A stretch of DNA of 64,000 nt, taken from contig JBHPGP010000002.1 in assembly GCA_042570305.1 (NCBI GenBank), positions 4,024 to 68,023 on the forward strand. Reading direction: 5' to 3'. This DNA comes from Candidatus Omnitrophota bacterium. GTDB lineage: Bacteria > Omnitrophota > Gorgyraeia > Gygaellales > JAHJCI01. The translations under genes and the position numbers were made by a program. This document shows positions 9,002 to 18,500 of the stretch, in pieces (the stretch's first letter is position 1; every line of letters starts with the position of its first letter). The notes under the pieces were generated by a model. That model had not been told where the DNA came from. It worked only from the letters and a program-made list of their open reading frames with translations, and did not search any database.

Positions 9002-10249
9002 ATGAGAATCTTAAAGATCATATTAACTTCCCTATTGGCGATTCTGATTATACTGCTGAGCACGGCATATATCTTTGTTTCGCTTAAGGGCAGGGTACTG
9101 CTCACGCAGCAATTGGAGAAAGCGCTTAATAAGCGCGTAAACATCGGCTATTTGGGGCTTAAGATGCCCCTGGGGGCGGAAATACGCGATTTGAGGATTG
9201 AGGGCCTGACAGATATCGATTATATTTACGTCTCCCCTCATTTATTCGGATTGCTTAGCGGCAAGATTATTCTCGACAGACTCATAATCTCAGGTCCGAA
9301 GTTTGATTGGGTAATTGAATCACCTGAAAACAAGACAGCAAAAATCAACAGCCAGGTAAGGGATAAGCGCGAAATCTTAGTTAAGGCTAAAGCAGCACCG
9401 GTTTCACCGGCAGCAGAGACCCATACTCTGCCACCGGTAATTATAAAATACCTGAGAATAAAAGACGGTGTTATAAACCTGATTGACCGTACTGTTCCTC
9501 AGCCAGGACTTACAATAAGCTTAAAGGATATTTTGCTGGATGTGGATAATTTATGCCTGGCTTCTCAATCGGCGATTAGTAATTTTCAGTTGATGACAAA
9601 GATACCCTGGCAGGAGGGTTCGGCCGAAGGTTCGATTTATGCATCCGGTTGGTTAAACCTTTACAAAAGGGATATGCAGGCCAGAATCGAGATCGAGAAT
9701 ATAGACGGCGTTTACCTGCACCCGTATTATTCACAATGGGTGGATTTGGAAGGCGCACGCATAGATAAGGCAAGCCTGAATTTTACAAGCGATATCCAAG
9801 GTCGGGATAATGAGGTTGTCGCTCAATGCCGGCTGGAATTGGCAGATATTCAATTCAAACCGCGGCCGCCTGAACAGCCTGAGCAAAAAGCAGAAAAGAT
9901 TACCACTGTGATTCTGGGGATGTTCCGCTCATTAAATCAGGGTAAGGTCGTGTTGAATTTTACCGTACGCACAAAGATGGATAAGCCGGAATTCGGGGTT
10001 AGCGATATTAACCAGGCAGTCGAAGATACGCTTAACCGGGCAATGAAATCCGATAAGGTGAGTATTGAGGATGTGGCAGCACTACCTGCTAAACTGGTGG
10101 GGGGCGTGGCAAGGGGAACAACCGGGGCAACCAAGGCCATTGTCGGGGGAGCGTTTTCCGTAGGCAAGAGCCTGCTGGATGTTTTTACGCTTGAGCAACC
10201 AGAAGATGAGGAATCGCAGCCTGCACAGGAAGACCTACTCAAAAATTAA
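9002..10249 (+). CDS. AsmA/DUF748-like membrane-anchored periplasmic protein
   Basis: N-terminal TM anchor, beta-rich repeats, 'IIKYLRIKDGVINLIDRTV' typical of AsmA/DUF748 proteins. Confidence 0.65.
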   Translation: MRILKIILTSLLAILIILLSTAYIFVSLKGRVLLTQQLEKALNKRVNIGYLGLKMPLGAEIRDLRIEGLTDIDYIYVSPHLFGLLSGKIILDRLIISGPKFDWVIESPENKTAKINSQVRDKREILVKAKAAPVSPAAETHTLPPVIIKYLRIKDGVINLIDRTVPQPGLTISLKDILLDVDNLCLASQSAISNFQLMTKIPWQEGSAEGSIYASGWLNLYKRDMQARIEIENIDGVYLHPYYSQWVDLEGARIDKASLNFTSDIQGRDNEVVAQCRLELADIQFKPRPPEQPEQKAEKITTVILGMFRSLNQGKVVLNFTVRTKMDKPEFGVSDINQAVEDTLNRAMKSDKVSIEDVAALPAKLVGGVARGTTGATKAIVGGAFSVGKSLLDVFTLEQPEDEESQPAQEDLLKN

Positions 10250-10272
10250 TTTCTGCTTCAACCAACCACCTA

Positions 10273-11775
10273 TTATACTACGGGCAAGGTGAAGAAGAAT
10301 GTTGTTCCTTGCCCCTTTTCACTCTCCACCCAGATCCTTCCGTGATGCAGTTCTACTATTTCTTTTGCAATCGATAGGCCCAGCCCTGTACCGCCTATAT
10401 CAGTCCAGGTTCTTTCTCCTACCTGCTGAAACTTATCAAAGACTTTAGGCAAGTCTTCTTTATCTATACCGACTCCGGTATCAGTTACGCTGATTAAAAT
10501 CTCCTGATTATTCCCTGCCGTTTGAGCCTTGATGGTTATCTTGCCATTACGAGGAGTAAATTTGATGGCATTCCCGACGATATTGTTGAAAATCTGAATT
10601 ATCCTTAACTGGTCTATCTGTGCTTGCGGGAGGTTGTTTTGAACCAGCTTTTCTATCCCGATAGCCTTAGTTTTTGCCCAGGCACTCATACTTTCGCAGA
10701 CGTCTTCGATAATCTTATCCATTGAGCAGGGCTCGGGCTTTAAAACCATTTTCCTTTCCTCAAGCTTTGAGAGGTCGAGAACGTCGTTAATTAATTTATG
10801 CAGCCTTTCCAGATTGCGTTTAATAATGGTAAGGAACTTTTCCTGGATTTCGCTGAGAGAACCGCCAGTCTGTTCCAGCATCACAGCCAGAGAATTCTGG
10901 ATTATTGCAATGGGGGTACGCAATTCATGAGAGACCTTTGAGACAAAATCAGACTTTAACTTTTCCAGTTCTCTCTGTTTGGTGACATCGCTTAACATGG
11001 CAACCATCCCTACGGTCTTGCCGTCTTCATCCTCGATTACCGCACTGCTTGACCTGAGTATTCTCTTGGTTTCGGCATTTTGACTAGTGAGTTCAATTTC
11101 CCTGTTGCCCTTGGCAGTATCTTTTACTAAGGAAATAAGCTGTTCATCTTTGATGTTCTCCATGAGAGGCTTTCCGATTTTCTTTTTCCTTTGAACTCCC
11201 AGCAGTTTTTCGGCAGCCGGATTCATCAGGAGGACATTGCCTTTAGCGTCGACTACTACCAGCCCCTCTGCAATGCTGCGCACAACCGATTCCGTCTGCT
11301 GTTTTTCCTTAACGACATTCTTATATTTTTTCTGGACAGTGATTATGGTCTGTTTCTTTTCCTCGACAATCTCTTCATATTTTTGACTTAACTCTGCCTT
11401 AACCTCTTCTGTTCTTTTCTTTAACTCGGTATTGACAATATTTACGATGGTACCGGTTATTTTCTGCCGGTCTCCCCCGGAGGAGGGGAGTTGCTCTATC
11501 TGCGAAGAAATTTCTTCTGAAATTACCTTTGCAATCGGTCGCTTGTCTCCGCTTGGGCCTACAGTGATGCTCCTTTTTAACGCAAGGTCCTTGGCGCTTT
11601 CCTTTCTTGCGAAATGGAAAAGAAGCAAAGCAAGCACGACGGCAACAATTACAGTAACTATAAACACTATGCTGACAGACGGTTCAGAGCTTGTTTCAGG
11701 AGGCGTTGCGCAGGCATTAGCCTCCCAGACAGCGAGCAGTAGTCCGATTAAAAAAATTCTTGCAGCTTTCAACAT
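10273..11775 (-). CDS. PAS-domain sensor histidine kinase
   Basis: TM, coiled coil, PAS (EGLVVVD..MNPAAE), H-box VSHELRTP, N box NAIKFT, G boxes DTGVGI and GTGLGL. Confidence 0.93.
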   Translation of the reverse strand: MLKAARIFLIGLLLAVWEANACATPPETSSEPSVSIVFIVTVIVAVVLALLLFHFARKESAKDLALKRSITVGPSGDKRPIAKVISEEISSQIEQLPSSGGDRQKITGTIVNIVNTELKKRTEEVKAELSQKYEEIVEEKKQTIITVQKKYKNVVKEKQQTESVVRSIAEGLVVVDAKGNVLLMNPAAEKLLGVQRKKKIGKPLMENIKDEQLISLVKDTAKGNREIELTSQNAETKRILRSSSAVIEDEDGKTVGMVAMLSDVTKQRELEKLKSDFVSKVSHELRTPIAIIQNSLAVMLEQTGGSLSEIQEKFLTIIKRNLERLHKLINDVLDLSKLEERKMVLKPEPCSMDKIIEDVCESMSAWAKTKAIGIEKLVQNNLPQAQIDQLRIIQIFNNIVGNAIKFTPRNGKITIKAQTAGNNQEILISVTDTGVGIDKEDLPKVFDKFQQVGERTWTDIGGTGLGLSIAKEIVELHHGRIWVESEKGQGTTFFFTLPVV

Positions 11776-11943
11776 TCAAAACCCCTTTCTTATGGCAACC
11801 GTACTTAAGGAATTTCCTTAGTTAACTATATACTAATCTTAAATGCAAATTTTAATTTTTCAAGGAAAATTTGTATAGTCTTGCTTAAAGAAAATGGTTT
11901 ACAGCAATAGGAGTATAGGTATAATATATGCTTACCGTAAATT

Positions 11944-12018
11944 GGTGGGTGTAGCTCAGCTTGGCAGAGCACTTGACTGTGGCTCAAGTTGTCGCGGGTT
12001 CAAATCCCGTCACCCACC
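11944..12018 (+). tRNA. tRNA-His (GTG) with G-1, CCA not encoded
   Basis: G-1 plus GTGGGTG/CACCCAC stem, C discriminator, CTTGA-CTGTGGC-TCAAG anticodon arm. Confidence 0.95.
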
Positions 12019-12020
12019 CT

Positions 12021-12226
12021 TGAAATTTTTGCTGCACAAAAATTTCACTTCTCATCCTAGCCCGATAAATTTCGAAAATTTGCCTACCTATAAAAAACAA
12101 TTTAGGTCGCAAATTTGAAGGAATTTATGGGCTGATTAGGATGAGAAGTGGAGTTGGTTAAAAATTTAGTGCCCAAGCCTGCCCAGAAATTATCAAAGAG
12201 AATTTTGTGGCGATTAGGCGAGGGGC
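12021..12226. repeat. Long nested inverted repeats downstream of tRNA-His
   Basis: TGAAATTTTTG/CAAAAATTTCA; CACTTCTCATCCTA/TAGGATGAGAAGTG with continued inner pairing; second hairpin at about 12171-12226. Confidence 0.6.
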
Positions 12227-12244
12227 AAATATTGGAAGAATCTA

Positions 12245-12279
12245 AGGCTATGAAGCAATACCGATCATAGCCCTTTTTT
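12245..12279 (+). terminator. Probable intrinsic terminator
   Basis: GGCTATGA...TCATAGCC stem followed by a T run. Confidence 0.55.
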
Positions 12280-12534
12280 GTCTCTTTAGTCTGTGCCTAG
12301 GGCGTCCTCTTGTCGAATATTACTGCCCGGCCAGAACGAGAATACCCTTGCCGTTTGCGCTGGAAACTTAAAGGTTCTCGTATAAGTTTCATTGACGAAA
12401 TAAAACATACTGCTCAAAGATTTTGTATAGTTGAAATATCGTTTTATAGTGTATAATAACCATTGCAGGATTCCTCATTCTAATAGTTTTATCTTTCGAG
12501 CGACTCACTTGCGGAAAAGGAGTAGGAGCGTGCA

Positions 12535-15500
12535 TTGTCTCTAAAGTTTCTTCAAGACTATATTTTACCCCTTAAAATGCGTCTCGGCGCCTTTCTGCAT
12601 TGGAACAGGATCACCGAGGAAGAGCCTCTTCGTGCCGAGCTTTTTAGCATAGAGCAGTTCAAGGCGCATGCGAAAAAACTGGCCCAAGGGCATATGGTCA
12701 GTTACAAAAAGGGGCACAACAAATTATTGCTGCGGCTGAAGCAAAATGAAAATGTCCTTGTTGAGATCTATAAACTCCTCAACGAGACCGGTAAATCCAA
12801 ACGAAAGATCTCGCCGGCCGGAGAATGGCTTCTCGATAACTACTATCTTATTGAGGAGCAGATAAGGCTTGCCCAGAAATGCCTTCCGGAACATTACATC
12901 CGTGAATTACCCCACCTTTTTCAGGGGCCGCTTGCCGGCTATCCGCGTGTGTATGAGCTTGCTATGGAGCTTGTCTCGCACGGCGACGGACGGCTGGATA
13001 GCCAGGGGCTTACGGAGTTTGTCACGGCCTATCAAACCGTTAACCACTTGAAGCTTGGTGAACTGTGGGCTATTCCTATCATGTTGCGGCTGGCGCTTAT
13101 TGAGAATTTAAGGCGCGTGTCCTCCCGGATGATCGTGGCACAAACGGAAAGAGATAAAGCGAATTATTGGGCGACGCGAATCCTCAAAGTTTCGGCCAAA
13201 GATACCGATGGGGTGGTCTTTGAGATTGTGGCGATGTCCAGGGCTAACCCTCTGCTTTCTGATGCTTTTGTCGCGGAATTCATGCGGCGTTTGCATGGTC
13301 AAATCCAGGTGTTCAATCTTCCCTTTGCCTGGTTGGAAAAGAAACTCGCGGAGCAGGGAGACACCCTTGAGAGGATAATTCGGGCGACCAGCCAAAAACA
13401 GGCGTCTGACCAGGTTTCGATCGCGAACACGATCGGGAGCCTGCGTCTTCTGGAGATCACAGATTGGCATGATTTTGTCGAAGCGCTCAGCGTTGTGGAA
13501 AAGCTTTTGGGCCAGGACCCATCTGGGGATTATCGCAGGATGTCTTTCGCTACCCGTGATCGCTACCGGCATGTCGTTGAGCAATTTTCCTTGAGAAGCA
13601 AAATCACAGAAGAAGAGATCGCGGCGCGCGCGATCCGGCTCGCCAAGACCGGGGAAAAAAAATTCGGCCCCGGTCACGTCAAGGCGCATGTAGGTTTTTA
13701 CCTGATCGACCGGGGATTGGAGCTTTTTTGCCGCGAATTAGGCCTGCGCTTACCTCTGCGCCAGTACCTGCAGGCCAAGAAAACGTTTTGGCCGTCTGTT
13801 TTGTTTTTCGGCGCTATTACTTTTATAACTCTTGCTCTGACCGTCGGTATTTTGTATTGGGTGCAGCCTGCGGGGCTATTGAGTTGGCGGCGGCTTGTTT
13901 TATTCTGGGTGTCGCTTTTCCTTGTGACAAGCCAGACGGCGGTCTCGATGGTGAACTGGTCTTTCATGATGCTCGTAAGACCCAAAAACCTTCCCCGGAT
14001 GGACTTTTCAGAAGGAATTCCCGCCTATGCCCATACCTTGGTCGTGGTCCCTTGTATAATTAGTGATGCGCGGACAGTCGACTCTCTACTCGAAGGGTTG
14101 GAGGTTCGGTATTTGGCGAATATTGACGCGAATACGGATTTCGCACTCTTAACTGATTTTTGCGATGCCAAGCAGGAGACGATGCCTGAAGACGAAGTGC
14201 TTCTGGCGCAGGTTAAGGATGGCGTCGCAAAGTTGAATTACAAATACCGAAGGAAAAAAGAATATGTTTTTTGTCTTCTGCATAGGCCTCGCAGGTGGAA
14301 TGAAAGAGAAAAGCTGTGGATGGGGTATGAACGCAAGCGGGGCAAGCTCGGGGATTTGAACGCGCTCCTGCGCGGAAAAGGAGATGGCCGCTTCAGTGTG
14401 ATTCTCGGGGACACTCAGAGGCTTCAGGATGTGCAATATGTTATTACGCTGGATGCGGATACTCGGACCTCCCGCAATGCCGCGCGAGAGCTCGTGGGGG
14501 TTATCGCGCATCCCCTGAACCGGCCGGTCTATGATGAAAAAAAACAACGGGTTGTTTCTGGATACGGGATTCTCCAGCCCCGGGTCGAACCCAGTTATCC
14601 CGGGAAAACTCCTTCGTTGTTCGCGAAGATTTTCGGAGGCGATACGGGAATCGATCCGTATACCAAAACGGTTTCCGATGTTTACCAAGATGTTTTCTTC
14701 GAAGGGTCATTTATCGGGAAAGGGCTTTATGACGTGGATTCCTTCGAAAGATCCATGGAAGGCCGTTTTCCGGAAAATGCCATATTGAGCCATGATCTTT
14801 TGGAGGGGTGTTACGCCCGGTCCGGGCTTGTGACCGATGTCCAATTTTACGAAGGATATCCCCAGGGGTATCTTAAGGATGTTAGCCGCAGGCACCGTTG
14901 GATCTGCGGGGACTGGCAGATTCTTTCCTGGCTGTTTGCCTCGGTCCGCGTTCACAGTGGCGCAAAAGTCAAAAATCCGATTTCCTTCCTGTCGCAATGG
15001 AAGATCATGGATAATCTGAGGCGAAGCCTCGTTCCTTTCGCAACCGTTCTTTTGTTTTTATCAGGATGGATCTGTTTTCAGCCGTCTTGGATATGGTCGG
15101 TTTTGGTCCTCGCTCTCATGGGTTTTCCCCTTGTGCCGATGTCCTTGGCGGAGGCGGTGAGGAAATCCGAGCTTTTGACCTTCAAGACCCATGTTGGCCT
15201 GGTGGTATCCTCATGCAGGAAGAACCTGCTCAGGTTATTCTTCTCATTCGTTTTTTTGCTGCACGAGGCGGTCTATTGTTTGGACGCGATCGCGCGGACT
15301 TTGTGGCGAATGCTGGTGTCACGCAGACGGTTGCTGCAATGGAAGACTTTTCTTGAAGCAGAAGCCTCCTTATCGGAACGTATTTCTGGCTACTACCAAA
15401 GCATGTGGTTGGCACCGCTTGCCGCCGCTGTGCTGCTGGTCTTTTTTTTGGCGGTATTCCAGCGTTTCGATGGATTAACTTTGTTTTTTGTAAGTCTGTG

Positions 15501-18500
15501 GTTCGTTTCTCCCGCGGTGGCGTACGGCATCAGCCAGCCCGCATCTCCCCGTAAGATCATGCTTTCCAAAGCCCAGACCATTTTTCTCAGAAAGCTTGCC
15601 CGGAGGAACTGGGCGTTCTTTGAGAATTTCGTTACCGAGAAGGATCACTGGCTGCCCCCGGACAATTTTCAGGAAGTACCTGTTAGCGGTCTGGCTCATA
15701 GGACGTCTCCAACGAATATCGGCCTGTCGCTTCTTGCGAATTTGACGGCTTATGATTTTGGCTATGTTTCAATGGGGATGATGTTCCAGCGGACGGAAAA
15801 AACATTCGTCACCTTGAACCTTATGGAACGGTTCAGGGGGAATTTTTACAACTGGTACAATACGGAGACGCTGAAGCCTCTGGCACCTCTCTATATCTCA
15901 TCGGTGGATAGCGGAAACCTGGCCGGCCATTTGCTGGTCCTGCGTGCGGGGCTTAGGGAAATGAGTTCTCGGAAGATCATCTCCGCGAAGATGTTTGACG
16001 GGCTGGGAGATACCCTGGAGATCCTTTATCAAAGTGTGGCGGAGTTTGAGAAAAGCCGAAAGAGCACTGTCGTCGAACCCCTTCGGGGAGTTTCCCAAAG
16101 AGTCGAGCAATTTCAGGAAAAGTGTAAGTCTTCTCCCGCGCGTCTTTCGGAAATCTATACGTTTTTGCGCCAGCTTTCAACGGATATTTCCAAGGTTCTC
16201 ACGGGCTTGGATCAGAAACACTATGACCAATCTAAAAAATGGGCCCGCGCCTTGGAACGGCAGTGTTACGATTTTCTGGAGGATATGTCTTTTATCGCTC
16301 CCTGGATTTTGCTTGCGCCGGAAATACCGGGTATGTGGGAGGCAGGGGATGAAAAACAGCAGCAGCGACTCGGTCAGCTCCGGGAGGCTCTTCGGTCTTT
16401 GGACGAGATCCCCGCGCTTGGGGAAGTGGCCAGGCTTGAGCAGAAGCTAGTTCCGCTTATCGAGGAGATCACCGGGGCCATGCTGGTCGCGGATGATGAG
16501 TCAAAAAGGGCCCACGAATGGTTTTTAAAACTCCGCGAGACGATCAAGGATGCCGGAACACGGTCCGCCGAACGGATTAAAGCCATCGATTATATCGTGC
16601 TGCGGTGTAACGAGATATCTGGCATCGAATATGAATTCCTGTATGATAAGGGTACACACCTTCTTTCCATCGGATACAATGTCAGCGAGCATAAGGTGGA
16701 TCGGGGTTGTTATGATTTACTGGCGTCCGAGGCCCGGTTTTGCAGCTTTGTCGCGGTCGCTCAAGGGAAAATGCCTCAGGATCATTGGTTCAAGCTTGGT
16801 CGGATGATTGCAAAACTCGAAGGGGATCCTGTTCTGATCTCCTGGGGCGGGTCGATGTTTGAATATCTCATGCCTCTCTTGGTGATGCCGACCTATGCCG
16901 GGAGTCTGCTGGAACAGACCTACAAGGCCGCGGTTAGCGGTCAGATCCGGTATGCGGCCAATAACAATATTCCCTGGGGGATCTCAGAGTCCTGTTACAA
17001 TAAGTTCGATGCGAATATGGTTTACCAGTATCACTCTTTCGGAGTCCCGAATATGGGTTTCAAACCGGGACTCGCGGAGGATCTGGTCGTGGCCCCCTAT
17101 GCTTCGATGCTGGCCCTGATGGTTGAGCCGGAGAAGGCCTGTGAGAATCTCGAGCGCTTATCCTCGGAAGGGGTCGCAGGGATATATGGTTTCTATGAAG
17201 CGGTCGATTACACGCCTGCGCGTCTTGCTCCGGATCAAAACCGGGCGATCGTGAAATCCTACATGGCGCATCATCAGGGTATGAGTTTCTTGTCTCTGGC
17301 CTATGTGCTTCTGGACCAACCTATGCAAAGGCGTTTTCTTTCCGAGCCGATGTTTCAAGCAGCCGAGCTGCTTCTGCAAGAGCGCATCCCGGTCAGCGAA
17401 CCGTTCCTCTACGATTTTGAAGTAACCGGAATGCTGAGAAAATTCGGAGACCGGGAAACCCTTTTGCGGGTGTTTACGACTCCTCAAACTCCGGTGCCTG
17501 AAGTCCACCCGCTCTCCAACGGCCGCTACCACGTGATGGTAACCAACTCCGGAGGAGGCTATAGCCGCTGGCAAAATGTCTCCCTGACGCGCTGGTGTGA
17601 AGATGCGGCTCTGGACAATGACGGGACATTTGTTTATCTGCGGGATGTGGAGTCTGGTCAGTTCTGGTCTTCGGCATATCAGCCGACACGAAAAAATCCA
17701 AAGAGCTATGAAGCCTTGTTTTCTCAGGCTTGGGCGGAGTTCAAGCGCAGGGATCAGCAGATCGAAACGCATACCGAGATTGCGGTTTCTCCGGAAGATG
17801 ACATAGAACTACGCCGGGTGACGATCACCAACCGTTCACGTAATAGGCGTGTCATTGAAGTGACCAGTTACGCGGAAGTTGTGTTGAATGATCTCTCAAG
17901 CGATCAGGCCCACCGGACATTCAGTAATCTGTTCGTCCAGACCGAAATTATCAGGTCTCACCAGGCGATCCTTTGCAAGCGGCGTCCGCGCTCCGATAAA
18001 GAAACATTCCCCTGGATGCTGCACCTGATGGCAGTCCACGGGAATGCGCTCGTGGGTGCTACTTATGAAACTGACCGCAACAAGTTCATCGGACGAGGCC
18101 GCACGCTGGCGGATCCCGCAGCGATGGAGGGGCAGGACAATCTTTCGGACAGTGAGGGTTCTGTGCTTGACCCGATCGTTTCGATACGCAGCCGGATCGA
18201 ACTGCTGCCAGAGGAATCAGCCACGATCGATTATGTGACCGGAATATGCGAGAGCCGGGAATCCGCGCAGGCGCTTATGGAAAAATACAGGGACCGGAAT
18301 CTGGCCGACCGCGTTTTTAACCTGGCGTGGACTCACGGGCAGGTTGCCTTGCAGCAGATCAATACGACGGAGGCTTCCGCTCAGCTTTACGGCCGTCTGG
18401 CCAGCGCCATTTTGTACGCGAATCCCGCCTGGCGGTCGAGCGCGAGTATTTTGCGGCGGAATAACCGGGGCCAGTCTGATCTTTGGGGGTACAGTATTTC

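Noticed and set aside
8757-9144. ORFs 8757-8954 and 8908-9144
   Set aside because: They overlap tRNA-Pro and tRNA-Arg
11894-12118. 74-aa ORF
   Set aside because: Overlaps tRNA-His and the hairpin region
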